Below, piece after piece: positions 9,301 through 19,156 of a stretch of 64,000 bases of DNA. The notes under the pieces are model-generated. The model made no database searches. It was given only the letters and a program-made list of their open reading frames with translations, and was not told the DNA's origin. Within the stretch, counting starts at the first letter, position 1. Every line of letters begins with the position of its first letter. Origin of the DNA: Blastocatellia bacterium (GTDB taxonomy: Bacteria > Acidobacteriota > Blastocatellia > RBC074); contig JBJXFR010000071.1 in NCBI GenBank assembly GCA_046155785.1, positions 125 through 64,124 of the forward strand, given 5' to 3'. The position numbers were made by a program, and so were the translations under genes.

Positions 9301-11142
9301 ATGAATCCGCAATCCGCAATCCGCAATCCGCAATCGTTAAAAGCGCAGCTCTTTTTCAGTTCCGCCCTGTTGACCAGCGCGTTGATCGCCTTAACGGCGT
9401 GGGTCATCAACTCTCAAGTCATTGGCCAGGTTCGCCAGCAAGTGCAGGCCGAAGTCGAAACATTGTTGCCGGTTTATGACGCCGTTTGGGCGGAGCACGC
9501 TCGACGATTGGCGACGATGGGAACGGCGATGGCCGATTCATCAATCGTCAAAGAAGTGTTTGGCAGCCCGGCGGCTTCGCGCGATCAACGAACTTTGCAT
9601 GAAATGGTTGCGGATGTTTGCGGCGACAACATTCAAGCGGATGATTTGGTTTTGGCCAGCGATGGAGGCGGGCAGGTGTTTTACACCGAACTGTGGGAAG
9701 GAATCGCGCCAGAACTTCGGCAGCTTGAAATTGCCCGGTCAGTCAGTGACAGCCAGCTACCAAACAAGGGCTTCACGATGATTGGCGGGCGGTTGTTTCA
9801 ACTGGTGTTGACGCCGTTGCTGACTCATTCCGGCAGCGCGGATTTCAACAACACGTTGGCGATCATTGGCATCGGCGAAGAAGTCAATCGCCGACAGGCC
9901 ACTGAAATCAAAGCCCGTTTGCACAGCGAAGTCGTCTTTCTGATCGAAGGCCAATTGCACACGTCGTCGCTGTCAGCAAAAAACGAACAAATTGCGTTTC
10001 AGGCAATCCAGGCGGGCAATTTCGCCGACGCTGCGCCGGGACGAACAATTGAAATCAATCTCAACGGCGAATTGTACCTGGCCTTTGCCCGGCCACTGAT
10101 GGATTTCGATGACAAGCCAATCGGCCAGGTGTTCATGCTGCGTTCGCTGGCCGGAGCCGGAAAATTGTTCGGGGCCATTTCCAATCGGCTGTTGGGGTTG
10201 TGGACGATGGCGATCATTGCCGCGTTGGGATTGAGTTACTTGATTGCCGGACGCATCTCTCGCCCGTTGGAAAAACTGGTCGTCAGCGCCAAGGAGTTGG
10301 GCCAGGGAAATTACGACGCCGTCGTGCCGACCGTTGCCGAAAGCGAAGTCGCTCAATTGGCTGCGGCCTTCGACCAGATGCGGCATTCGCTGCGTCAGAC
10401 TCAGGCGGCGCTGTTGAAAAACGAACGGCTGGCGACCATCGGCCAAATGGCTAGTTCGATCATTCACGATTTGCGAAACCCGCTGGCAACAATTTCGACC
10501 GCCGCCGAGGTGCTAAAAAACGAAGGCCTGTCGTTGGATCGTCGTCGGACAATGCTGGAAACGCAGTTGCGAGCCGCGACTCGCATGAACGCCATGCTGG
10601 GAGAGTTGCTGGAATTTTCGCGCGGCAATTACAAACTCAATTTGGATCAATTGCCGTTGGCGACGGTCGTCGAGCGTTCCCTTCAGGAATTAAACGGACG
10701 AGTTTCCTTTTCCGGGATTCAATTGCTGACCAATGTGCCCCCCGAAATTATGATCAACGCCGATGAAGAAAAGCTGGGGCGCGTGTTTGAAAATCTACTG
10801 ATCAATTCCTTGCAAGCCTTTCAGCAAGCGAACCAGCAAACCGGAACCATTCAAATTCTGGCTCAGTCAGAATCAGACGGGGTTCGAGTGGAAATTACAG
10901 ACAACGGCCCTGGCATTCCCGATGCGATTCTTGGCCGTTTGTTCGAGCCGTTTATCAGTTCCGGCAAACAAGGCGGAACCGGGTTGGGATTGGCAATTGC
11001 TCGCGGCATCGTTGAAGCTCACGGAGGAACCATAGGTCTGGCTGATTCCACCGCCGAAACAAACGGAGCGAATTTTGTGATTCAGTTACCCTCGGATTTA
11101 TCGCAAGGAGGTGTGAATGGCACGCAAAGTCTTGCTGGTTGA
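9301..11142 (+). CDS. Sensor histidine kinase (extracytoplasmic sensor, HAMP, HisKA, HATPase_c)
   Basis: Two TM helices flank a sensor region of about 290 aa. H-box is SSIIHDLRNPLATI. N box is ENLLINSLQA. G boxes are ITDNGPGIP and GGTGLGLAIARGIV. The upstream part of ORF 8971-11142 overlaps the previous gene and was rejected. Confidence 0.85.
   Translation: MNPQSAIRNPQSLKAQLFFSSALLTSALIALTAWVINSQVIGQVRQQVQAEVETLLPVYDAVWAEHARRLATMGTAMADSSIVKEVFGSPAASRDQRTLHEMVADVCGDNIQADDLVLASDGGGQVFYTELWEGIAPELRQLEIARSVSDSQLPNKGFTMIGGRLFQLVLTPLLTHSGSADFNNTLAIIGIGEEVNRRQATEIKARLHSEVVFLIEGQLHTSSLSAKNEQIAFQAIQAGNFADAAPGRTIEINLNGELYLAFARPLMDFDDKPIGQVFMLRSLAGAGKLFGAISNRLLGLWTMAIIAALGLSYLIAGRISRPLEKLVVSAKELGQGNYDAVVPTVAESEVAQLAAAFDQMRHSLRQTQAALLKNERLATIGQMASSIIHDLRNPLATISTAAEVLKNEGLSLDRRRTMLETQLRAATRMNAMLGELLEFSRGNYKLNLDQLPLATVVERSLQELNGRVSFSGIQLLTNVPPEIMINADEEKLGRVFENLLINSLQAFQQANQQTGTIQILAQSESDGVRVEITDNGPGIPDAILGRLFEPFISSGKQGGTGLGLAIARGIVEAHGGTIGLADSTAETNGANFVIQLPSDLSQGGVNGTQSLAG
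9304..9336 (+). repeat. Heptanucleotide tandem repeat (AATCCGC) x about 4.7, in frame at the 5' end of the kinase gene
   Basis: AATCCGCAATCCGCAATCCGCAATCCGCAATCG lies directly after ATG 9301 and encodes NPQSAIRNPQS. An identical 33-mer occurs in the coding strand at 37158-37190. Confidence 0.9.
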
Positions 11143-11500
11143 TGACGACAAAGAATTTCGCACAGTCGCCGTGCTGGTCTTGGAAAGCGCCGGTTATGTC
11201 GTGACTGAAGCGCCGGACGGATTGGCTGCGTTAGAACTGATGCGAACTGAAGCGCCGGATGTGATTATCTCCGACCTGCACATGCCGTTGATGGACGGCA
11301 GCATGCTCTGCAAACGAGTGCGCGCCGAACCTGAACTGGCCACCATTCCCTTCATCATACTTTCCGCCTACATCGAATCCGACGGATCAAACACATTGTC
11401 GGATACGCCTGCCGATTGCTGCTATAGCAAACAAGCTTCCTTCATTTCACTGTTGCCGCAATTGGAAACCTTGATCGCCAAAGCTACCGAAGCCAGATAA
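11117..11500 (+). CDS. Single-domain response regulator (CheY-like receiver)
   Basis: GGAGGTG SD. KVLLVDDDKEF .. VIISDLHMPLMDG .. FIILSA. Overlaps the kinase stop by 26 nt. Confidence 0.85.
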   Translation: MARKVLLVDDDKEFRTVAVLVLESAGYVVTEAPDGLAALELMRTEAPDVIISDLHMPLMDGSMLCKRVRAEPELATIPFIILSAYIESDGSNTLSDTPADCCYSKQASFISLLPQLETLIAKATEAR

Positions 11501-11540
11501 AAACGTTCTCCCACGAAACTATCGGCTTCAGCCTCCCCCG

Positions 11541-11560
11541 CGACAAACTGAAGTTTGTCG
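11541..11560. terminator. Short hairpin between convergent genes (weak terminator candidate)
   Basis: CGACAAAC-TGAA-GTTTGTCG, an 8-bp stem. No U-tract on either strand. Confidence 0.3.
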
Positions 11561-11568
11561 GACTCTTG

Positions 11569-12630
11569 TCAAGATTCGGCGCGAACGACTTCATCGGCCA
11601 AGTCGCCCTGATTGACGTGTTTCGGAAAGGATTCAGGAATGTCGAAAGGTTCTTGCGGAGCGCGCCAGTTGTCCAGCATCGCCACCTGTTGAACGCAGGC
11701 GATGGTGCAGAATTTGGCGCATGGTTTTTCTGTGCGGAATTCGTGCTCGATGTGTTCGCGCGTGTACTCGGCCAGCGGAATGCCCGGAAAGCCCCGTTGC
11801 TGAGAGCAATAATGAACCAGACCGTCTTCGCAAATGTACAAATAACGCGCTCCGGCTCGGCAGCGCCATTCGTGCTGGCGACCATAAGCCAGATCGTCCT
11901 GAAACTGATTCAGCCAGCCGAATTTCTTTTTGCCGAAGCGACGAAGCTTTTGGTAAACCGCTTCTTCGCGCCCGCTCAATGGTTTCAATTGGCCGCTGTG
12001 GTCGTGAATGATTCCCAGCGTCGAGCCGAAACCGAGTTCGACAGCGCGTTCTGAAACCGTCACGGCGTCTTCAGGGTTTTGAATCCCTCCGCCAATGACT
12101 GAGTTGATGTTTATGTGGAACTTGGCGAATTTCGACAGGTTGACCAGATAGCGGTCAATCACCTTCAAACTCTTCTGCGAGACTTTGTCCGGTTTGACGT
12201 TATCAATGCTGATTTGCAGATATTCCAGACCGGCCTGGTTGAGCTTTTCAATGTTTTCGCGGGTCATGTAATAGCCGTTGCTGATCAGACCGGCGATCAT
12301 TCCGTGAGAACGGATGTGGGTGATGATGTCGAAAATCTGCGGATGGAGCATTGGCTCGCCGCCGCTGATGGTGATGGTCGTCGTTCCGAACGACGCCAGT
12401 TTATCCAACCGCCGCTTCATTTCTTCAAAGGGCACGGGATCGGAAGTCTTGTCGTATTCGTTGCAATATCCGCAAGCCAGATTGCAGCGGCGCATTGGAA
12501 TGACGTGCGCCAGAATCGGGTGACTGGTCGAAGCCAGGCCTTTGGCAACGAGTTTGGCTTCGCGGATATGCCTGCTCATTTTGCTGCTGGTCAGGTCTGC
12601 CATTGAAAATTCCTTCGTATCGGATGGCAC
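11569..12630 (-). CDS. Radical SAM protein with a Cys-rich C-terminal extension
   Basis: [11 protein letters not shown] (CxxxCxxC), the SAM-binding GGEPMLHP, and extra Cys clusters ([28 protein letters not shown]). The substrate is unknown. Confidence 0.8.
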   Translation of the reverse strand: MPSDTKEFSMADLTSSKMSRHIREAKLVAKGLASTSHPILAHVIPMRRCNLACGYCNEYDKTSDPVPFEEMKRRLDKLASFGTTTITISGGEPMLHPQIFDIITHIRSHGMIAGLISNGYYMTRENIEKLNQAGLEYLQISIDNVKPDKVSQKSLKVIDRYLVNLSKFAKFHININSVIGGGIQNPEDAVTVSERAVELGFGSTLGIIHDHSGQLKPLSGREEAVYQKLRRFGKKKFGWLNQFQDDLAYGRQHEWRCRAGARYLYICEDGLVHYCSQQRGFPGIPLAEYTREHIEHEFRTEKPCAKFCTIACVQQVAMLDNWRAPQEPFDIPESFPKHVNQGDLADEVVRAES

Positions 12631-12679
12631 GGGTGAAGCGCCAATCCGCCTGATCGTTGTCAGGTTAATGTGATTGATG

Positions 12680-12710
12680 AAAAGGACGAGCCTGATTGGC
12701 TCGTCCTTTT
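12680..12710 (-). terminator. Rho-independent-type terminator after the LolA-like gene
   Basis: AAAAGGACGAGCC-TGATT-GGCTCGTCCTTTT. This is a 13-bp stem whose terminal pairs supply a U-run on the minus-strand transcript. Confidence 0.6.
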
Positions 12711-12754
12711 CAACACCGTTGAGTTCTTTGACTTGAAAGAGGTGAAAGAGAAAC

Positions 12755-13462
12755 TTACAGCTTGTCTAAGATTTTGGTTCCGCCCGGCAGATTGATGACA
12801 AACGCCGAATCGGCAATGTTCGTGTTGACCTGAGTATTTTTCAGTGTCGTGACCGTGTAATCGCCATTGCGTTCGACCATCTTCCATTGCACTGGCAAAC
12901 CGCTTTGCGCGACCCAGATGTCAATCGAGTTGTAATCGCCTTTGCTTTTCGGCAACAAACGTAAAACCGTAGTCTGCTGACCGTTAAGCGCCGCATCGCC
13001 AACAATGTCTATGTTGTAATTGCCGAGCAAACCTTTCAGCGAACCATCCAGCCCAACCAGATTGGCGGCGGTTTTGCCTTTGGTGGCTTTGCCGACAGTG
13101 CTCTTCATCGCCTGATTCAACTTCGGTTCGTAAAACGTGAAGCTTTCGCCGATGACGGACAGGCTTTTGACTCCGGGTTTGGTGAAATCAATTCGCAGCT
13201 TGCTTTTGTCTTTGCCAGCCGCCGGTTTGTAAATCACTGTGCCGAAATCGGAATCCTTGCTGCCGATCTGAGGATTGGTTCGTTCCTGAATCAGATCGGC
13301 TTTCAAACTTTTCATTTGCTTATGGGCAGTCTCCATCTTGTTGAGAATGCCGGTGAGAATTTGGGGCGTTGTTTTAGCATTTGCACTGGGCGCGCTGGGC
13401 AAAGTTCCGGCAACAGCCAAAGCCAAACCAGCGATTAGGGCTAATGTCATCATTTTTTTCAT
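12755..13462 (-). CDS. LolA-like outer-membrane lipoprotein carrier / sorting protein
   Basis: Signal peptide. The N-terminal pattern [31 protein letters not shown] and a size of about 235 aa are typical of LolA-fold proteins. Confidence 0.65.
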   Translation of the reverse strand: MKKMMTLALIAGLALAVAGTLPSAPSANAKTTPQILTGILNKMETAHKQMKSLKADLIQERTNPQIGSKDSDFGTVIYKPAAGKDKSKLRIDFTKPGVKSLSVIGESFTFYEPKLNQAMKSTVGKATKGKTAANLVGLDGSLKGLLGNYNIDIVGDAALNGQQTTVLRLLPKSKGDYNSIDIWVAQSGLPVQWKMVERNGDYTVTTLKNTQVNTNIADSAFVINLPGGTKILDKL

Positions 13463-13513
13463 TCGGTATTACTCCATCTCCGTATGGCTTTCAGGTTTCA
13501 ACCGTTGGACTCG

Positions 13514-13957
13514 TTATTTGATCCAGACCTTGTAGCCACTAACTCGCCCCTGTGAATTGGGCGAGGCAATAAAAGGTTCAAATTTGCTGACGACAACATC
13601 CTGCTTCAATCGGTCACCCAGGTAAAGCCTGATGGCTTCGTTGGGCGCGTTCAACATCAATTCAGGTTTGTTCAGCCTGTTCAAAAACAACTGCAACTCG
13701 GTAACCGGAACTTCCAGAACCGTTTCGTCTGGCTCCGATGGCTCCGATGCAATCACGCGAATTCCATTTGCCTGAGCAATCGTTCTGATGCTTTGACTGA
13801 CGCTTTGAACGCGAGGGCGGTCACGGTCGCCAAAGTATTTGCTCGGAACCAAAAAGACCGCGCTGATAATCAACAAACACATCACGTCGTATTGCCAGGT
13901 CCCACGTTCATACGACCAGAGGATGATATTTTTGATTCCCACTAATAACGATTTCAT
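13514..13957 (-). CDS. Membrane-anchored hypothetical protein
   Basis: 147-aa ORF with one N-terminal TM helix (DVMCLLIISAVFLVP). GAGGATGAACA lies before the ATG. No family recognised. Confidence 0.55.
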   Translation of the reverse strand: MKSLLVGIKNIILWSYERGTWQYDVMCLLIISAVFLVPSKYFGDRDRPRVQSVSQSIRTIAQANGIRVIASEPSEPDETVLEVPVTELQLFLNRLNKPELMLNAPNEAIRLYLGDRLKQDVVVSKFEPFIASPNSQGRVSGYKVWIK

Positions 13958-14000
13958 TGTTCATCCTCGCCGCAACACAAAATCTAATCAAAACAAAAAA

Positions 14001-14131
14001 CATTGAGACAGGATGGACAGGATTTTTTTCAGGATGAACAGGATTGAACCCGACCGCTCCCGCTCTATCGTTGATGATCTTGTAAATCCTGCTGGAAATC
14101 TTGTTCATCCTGTCAAAACAGCGTCTCAATG
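14001..14131. repeat. CAGGAT-rich palindromic intergenic element, copy A
   Basis: CATTGAGAC..(CAGGAT at about 9-nt spacing x4)..loop..AATCCTG..TTGTTCATCCTGTC..GTCTCAATG. The terminal 9-bp and internal arms are inverted. Related copies are at 20751-21210, 29089-29176 and 41521-41635. Confidence 0.75.
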
Positions 14132-14176
14132 TTGCTTACTCTGATTTAGTCTGTTGTCCAAATTCCGCGACAACTG

Positions 14177-14869
14177 TCACTTTTCGCCGACAATCATTCC
14201 GTCACGCATTTCGATGGTTCTGGCAGCCACAGCCGCCGCTTCGGGGTTGTGCGTAATCATGACGATTGTCTGGTTCAGTTCGCGGTTCAGTTTCTGCAAC
14301 ATTTCCAGGACGATCTCGGAGTTTTCAGAGTCCAGATTGCCTGTTGGTTCATCGGCCAAGATGATGGCCGGACGATTGATGATTGCTCTGGCGATGGCGA
14401 CTCGTTGTTGCTCTCCGCCTGAAAGTTCCAGCGGCTTGTGGCTCATTTTATTTTCGAGCCTCAGCAACCGCAAGACTTCGCGGCGAGTGGCTTCGTCAAC
14501 TGTTTTCTTGCCGTTGCCGTGAATGTGTTCGGCCAGTCGCAAATTGCCTTCGGCGCTGAGCGTCGGAAACAAATTGAACCGTTGGAACACAAACCCGATC
14601 TTGCGGCGGCGCGTGTCTGTACGCTGAGCGTCGCCCATCGCAGCCATGTCTTCGCCATCCACGACGACTTTGCCTGAAGTCGGTTTCAGCAATCCACCCA
14701 GAATGTGCAGCATCGTGGATTTGCCGCAACCCGACGGCCCCATAATTGAGATGAATTCGCCACGTCCTACCGACAAATTGACTCCGCGCAAAGCGTTCAC
14801 GTCCACTTTGCCTACGCGATAAGTCATGACCAGATTTTCAGTTTGTAAAATTGCGTCCATTTGAATCAA
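14177..14869 (-). CDS. ABC transporter ATP-binding protein (LolD/MacB type)
   Basis: Walker [10 protein letters not shown], signature [14 protein letters not shown], Walker [12 protein letters not shown]. Confidence 0.9.
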   Translation of the reverse strand: MIQMDAILQTENLVMTYRVGKVDVNALRGVNLSVGRGEFISIMGPSGCGKSTMLHILGGLLKPTSGKVVVDGEDMAAMGDAQRTDTRRRKIGFVFQRFNLFPTLSAEGNLRLAEHIHGNGKKTVDEATRREVLRLLRLENKMSHKPLELSGGEQQRVAIARAIINRPAIILADEPTGNLDSENSEIVLEMLQKLNRELNQTIVMITHNPEAAAVAARTIEMRDGMIVGEK

Positions 14870-15960
14870 TCGTAAGACAAAGCCTGTACCGCATCTTTAT
14901 TCGCCGCTCGAATTGCAGGGTACAGCGCGCCCAAAGCTCCCGCTCCCATTCCAATCAATCCGGCGCGCAGAATCCACGACCAGGTGAATTCCAGTTGCAG
15001 CGTTGTTACTCGTTCCATCACCGCGCCGGCAATCAGCGAAATCACCAGACCGATGACGACTCCGATCAGGCTAATAGCCAGAGCCTCTTTTTCAATTACG
15101 CCGATGATGTAGCTTTTGGGCGCTCCCAGCGATTTCAAGATTCCGATTTCGCGCGTTCGTTCGGTGATTGTGGTGTACATCGCCAGCAAGATTACCAGCG
15201 CGCTGACAATCACCGACAAAACCAGCACTGCGCGGACAAAACCTTTGATTCCTGGGATTTCGCGGCCTCCGCCCAATCCCAGATCGCGCGTCAAAATCAC
15301 TTTGTTGCCCGGCAATTCGGCGTCAATGCGCTGCTGAACTTCGGCCTGTTTATCCGGCTCTTTGACTTTGACCAGAATCGAAAAGCATTTGTTTTCAGCT
15401 CCCAACAACCGCTGCATTTCCGCCAACGAAACTTTCATTCGGGCGCCAGCCGACGGCGAGTAAATTCCGGCTACTTTCATTTTATTTCCGAAGACCTGAA
15501 TCTCACTGCCGACCTTCAGCTTGCCGTGCTGAGCTTTGTAATCGTCAATCAGAACTTCGCCATCGGATTGAAGGACACGCCCTTCGACAATCTTGATTCC
15601 AGTAATCGCGGAGTAGCTGGCAAACTCGACGCCTTCGACCAGTTCGATCCCCAAGCCACTGTTTCCTGATTGGACATAAAGACCATACGGACTGACCTGC
15701 TTGACGCCTTCAATCTTCCGCAAGTGGTCAACGTAACGAACGTCCACCGGGTTTCTGGAAGCCGGAGTCAGCAATGAAGCGTCACGACCAAACTGAATCT
15801 CCGCGCCGATGTTGCGTTCGCGGTTGATGCGGTCGTTCAGCATTCCTTCGACCAGACCGGTGTTCAACACAATCAGCACGACGCCCAAAGCAACGCCAGC
15901 GACGCTAATCAGCGTACGCATCGGTCGTTGGCGAATGTTGGAAGTGACAAGACTATCCAT
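14866..15960 (-). CDS. ABC transporter permease, FtsX/MacB-type (LolC/E-like)
   Basis: N-terminal TM, then a large periplasmic domain, then the C-terminal FtsX 3-TM bundle ([14 protein letters not shown]). 4-nt overlap with the ATPase gene. Confidence 0.85.
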   Translation of the reverse strand: MDSLVTSNIRQRPMRTLISVAGVALGVVLIVLNTGLVEGMLNDRINRERNIGAEIQFGRDASLLTPASRNPVDVRYVDHLRKIEGVKQVSPYGLYVQSGNSGLGIELVEGVEFASYSAITGIKIVEGRVLQSDGEVLIDDYKAQHGKLKVGSEIQVFGNKMKVAGIYSPSAGARMKVSLAEMQRLLGAENKCFSILVKVKEPDKQAEVQQRIDAELPGNKVILTRDLGLGGGREIPGIKGFVRAVLVLSVIVSALVILLAMYTTITERTREIGILKSLGAPKSYIIGVIEKEALAISLIGVVIGLVISLIAGAVMERVTTLQLEFTWSWILRAGLIGMGAGALGALYPAIRAANKDAVQALSYD

Positions 15961-15969
15961 AAATTTCGG

Positions 15970-16977
15970 TTACTCGGCTGGCGGTTTATCCAGATCAACT
16001 TCTTTCAGCTTTTCGGTGTTTTCCAGAGTGAATGCAGTAGCGGGCAGTTCTGGATTCACCTCGAAGTTCACTTCGTTAAACAACAATCGTGCCGAATATC
16101 CGTCGTGAGGGCGGCTGACCAAAATCATGCTCGGCCACAAATCGGCGCTGCTTTCGCTCAGTTTTTTGTAGTCGGAATAAGAAACTTCGGTGGTCAGCGT
16201 GCCTTTGACATCAAAAAGCTGTTGGCGAACGAATTTCACGCCATCGGTTCGATCAAACCAAAACCGGCGAGTGACGCGCGAAATTCCGGTTCCCATTCCC
16301 GGCACTCCAAGTTCGATTTCAGAGATAACGTAATAACTGCGAAGCACGCGCGAACCTTTTGGAGCTTTCGGAGTCGGATCGGCTTCTTCAATCAAGGCTT
16401 CTTCCAACGAATACGTAAACCGCGAATCATTCATCGCCAACGGACGCATCATCAATGCTTCGGTGAAATGAAACGGACGCGCGGAAACCAATCCGCTGCT
16501 GGCTTTTTCGCCAAGTTTTTCACGCCACATGCTGTAATCAGCGTCGTTCGTTCCAATCAAAAAGCTCGGCGCAGTTTTGTAAAGAGCGACCTTGAACTTG
16601 CTTGATTCCGAAACCATCTCGGCGATTTTGATCTTGCCGATTGGAGCGTTGATGATCAGCCGAATCCTGTCAGGGCGCATCAACACCAGATTGGAATCAG
16701 TTTCCGGCCAGCGTTCGGCCAAGCCCGTATCCTGAAACACAATTCCCACGCGAGTCCGCAAGGATTGCAGATCGGCGAAGGGTTTCAGTTGTTTAACCAG
16801 TTCTTCAAATCTGGCTTCGGTCAGTGGAGTGACAAGTTTAGGAATTGAGCGATCTTTGGTGACGATCAGGCTTTTGCACGACACGGCAACCAAAGACAGC
16901 GCGACGACTGCCAACGACACGCCGACGCGCAGAAATTGACGCCTGATTTCCCGCTGGAATCGGTCTGTTTGAACCAT
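15970..16977 (-). CDS. Lipoprotein, possibly LolB/DUF4292-like fold
   Basis: Lipobox-like LVAVSC. It is the first gene of the Lol-like operon. The fold assignment is an inference only. Confidence 0.5.
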   Translation of the reverse strand: MVQTDRFQREIRRQFLRVGVSLAVVALSLVAVSCKSLIVTKDRSIPKLVTPLTEARFEELVKQLKPFADLQSLRTRVGIVFQDTGLAERWPETDSNLVLMRPDRIRLIINAPIGKIKIAEMVSESSKFKVALYKTAPSFLIGTNDADYSMWREKLGEKASSGLVSARPFHFTEALMMRPLAMNDSRFTYSLEEALIEEADPTPKAPKGSRVLRSYYVISEIELGVPGMGTGISRVTRRFWFDRTDGVKFVRQQLFDVKGTLTTEVSYSDYKKLSESSADLWPSMILVSRPHDGYSARLLFNEVNFEVNPELPATAFTLENTEKLKEVDLDKPPAE

Positions 16978-17341
16978 AAAATCGTATGATAGCTGCTAAC
17001 CGCAATGAACAAGGGCGCGAAGCTAACAGATGGTTTTTTGTATGTCAAATTTTGACCTTTGACGCGAATGCAATTGCGCCAAGCCCTTGAACGACGCCAG
17101 CTTGACGCGATTTATACGGCTCGCGTACACTCCACGCCGTCCCAAACCTTCCAACTCGGGTTCAGGCGCTTACGAAGCTTAAACGGCTTTTTTTCATCTG
17201 TTGAGTCGAACGCGGCAAAACATTTTTAGCATTTTCAGCAAAGACTGTTGCCACCTGCGTTCTGACTTTGCCAACTCCGGCAGATCAAGCCCAAAAGCGA
17301 ATCACAAAATCAGGCCCACTACCGGGAGGAGAAAAGTCGTT

Positions 17342-19012
17342 ATGTTAAACAGATTGTTTTCAAAAAATGCCGCGCGTCGAACCGCGCTGTTGTTGATCGT
17401 CACGATGCTCGTTTCTTCGTTGTCCGTTTTCGCCCAGGAAAAGAAACAGGACAAAGACAAACAGAAACGCGCTCAGGAAGAAAAACTGAAGAGCGTTTAC
17501 AAACGCTGGGTCAACGAAGACGTGCTCTGGATCATCACCGACGAAGAGCGCAAAACCTTCAACTTGCTGAAAACCGACGACGAACGCGAATCGTTCATCG
17601 AACAGTTTTGGCTGCGCCGCGATCCCGATCCCGACACCGATGCCAACGAATATCGCGAAGAGTATTACCAGCGCATCGCCTACGCCAACGAACAATTCAC
17701 CAGTGGGATTCCCGGCTGGAAAACTGACCGCGGACGCATCTACATTATGTTCGGAGCGCCGCACCAAAAAGAATCTCATCCTTCAGGCGGCAGTTACGAC
17801 CGCCCAATTTGGGAAGGCGGCGGTTCGACTTCGACTTATCCGTTTGAAATCTGGTGGTATCGCTACATCGAAGGAGTCGGCTCTGACATTGAAATCGAAT
17901 TCGTTGACCCGACCGGTTCCGGCGAATACCGCATTGCCCGCAATGCCAACGAAAAAGACGCGCTGCTGTACACGCCCAACGCAGGATTGACGCTGGCGGA
18001 GCAACTGGGACTTTCCAGCAAAGCCGACCGTATTTCAGGCGGCATGTTTGGACAAAACAATGGCAGTGGCCAAGGTGGTCAGCTTTTCGGCGGTCGTGCC
18101 AAAGACCAGCCGTTTGAACGTCTGGATTTGCTGGCCAGATTGCAGAAACCGCCGAAAGTTAAATTCAACGACCTGGCTGCTTTGGCCGCAGAATCCGATT
18201 TACCGAAAGCCAGTTTTGACGTGTTGAGCGCCGGACTGAACATCAATCTGCTTCGCGTGACCGAAAACGCTGTGTTGTCTTCGTTTACCGTGCAATTGGA
18301 AAATCAGGATTTGGTTTACAAAGACATTGGTGGATTGCCGCAAGCGGCCATCAACGTTTACGCAAAAATCACCAGCGCAGCCGGTCGTCGCGCTGGCCAG
18401 TTTGAAGACGTGGTCACATCCAGCTACACGCCCGAAGCTTTGGAATCGGGCATGCAGCAACGTTCGGCGTATCAGAAAAACGTTGTGCTGGCTCCGGGCA
18501 TTTACAAAATTGACCTGGTTGTCCGCGACGTGAACAGCGGCAAAACCGGCGTCATCAAACAAGGCTTTGTCGTTCCGCGTTATGACGAAGGCAAGCTGGC
18601 GACTTCGACCATGATTCTGGCTTCCCGCATCGAACCGATGTCGGGTCGTTTGTCCAGCGGACAGTTTGTGTTGGGTTCGCTGAAAGTTATTCCGAATGCA
18701 ACTGGCGAATTCAAACAGGATCAACAACTCGGCGTTTACATGCAGGTGTACAACGTGGCCGTGGATCAGGCTACGCTGCGACCCAGCATAGACATTGAGT
18801 ACGTCATCACCCAACGCGACAAGGAAATCTTGCGCTTCAAGGAAGACGGCAAGAACGGTATGAGCAGCATCAACAGCCAGCAAATCACGCTGGCGCGTTC
18901 CTTCCCACTTAAACAGTTCAAACCCGGCTCCTATGACGTTCATGTGGTGGTCAAAGACAACGTTGCCGGTATGACGGTGACGACCGACAAAGACAACTTC
19001 CAGGTGAAATAG
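17342..19012 (+). CDS. GWxTD domain-containing secreted protein
   Basis: GGGAGGAG SD before ATG 17342. Signal peptide present. Signature [18 protein letters not shown] and WWYRYIEG. The ORF-track start at TTG 17201 was rejected. Confidence 0.8.
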   Translation: MLNRLFSKNAARRTALLLIVTMLVSSLSVFAQEKKQDKDKQKRAQEEKLKSVYKRWVNEDVLWIITDEERKTFNLLKTDDERESFIEQFWLRRDPDPDTDANEYREEYYQRIAYANEQFTSGIPGWKTDRGRIYIMFGAPHQKESHPSGGSYDRPIWEGGGSTSTYPFEIWWYRYIEGVGSDIEIEFVDPTGSGEYRIARNANEKDALLYTPNAGLTLAEQLGLSSKADRISGGMFGQNNGSGQGGQLFGGRAKDQPFERLDLLARLQKPPKVKFNDLAALAAESDLPKASFDVLSAGLNINLLRVTENAVLSSFTVQLENQDLVYKDIGGLPQAAINVYAKITSAAGRRAGQFEDVVTSSYTPEALESGMQQRSAYQKNVVLAPGIYKIDLVVRDVNSGKTGVIKQGFVVPRYDEGKLATSTMILASRIEPMSGRLSSGQFVLGSLKVIPNATGEFKQDQQLGVYMQVYNVAVDQATLRPSIDIEYVITQRDKEILRFKEDGKNGMSSINSQQITLARSFPLKQFKPGSYDVHVVVKDNVAGMTVTTDKDNFQVK

Positions 19013-19019
19013 AAGTAAT

Positions 19020-19066
19020 TGTGGATGTTGGGTTTTGAATCGAAAATTCAAAACCCAACATCCACA
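19020..19066 (+). terminator. Perfect 21-bp stem-loop directly after the GWxTD gene (terminator or REP-like element)
   Basis: TGTGGATGTTGGGTTTTGAAT-CGAAA-ATTCAAAACCCAACATCCACA, 8 nt after the stop. No U-tract follows. AAATTCG occurs twice downstream. Confidence 0.45.
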
Positions 19067-19156
19067 TCCAAAATTCGAAATTCGCCCCCTCCCTCTCGCG
19101 CCAGCCCCCAAACCGATTCCGCCCCCCATCCCAAGATTCTTCAACAGAGGTTTTCC

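Noticed and set aside
13908-14129. 73-aa ORF (..NPVHPEKNPVHPV..) and similar small ORFs over CAGGAT elements (for example 20613-20834)
   Set aside because: The peptide periodicity simply mirrors the DNA repeat, and the ORFs lie within palindromic elements. I treat them as artefacts.
17201-17341. Upstream extensions of ORFs starting at non-ATG codons (17201 for GWxTD; also 52960 for the TonB receptor, 47734 for the TIM-barrel gene, 19019 for the PEGA gene)
   Set aside because: In each case an internal ATG with a strong SD is followed immediately by a signal peptide or conserved N-terminus. The extensions run through intergenic repeats or hairpins.
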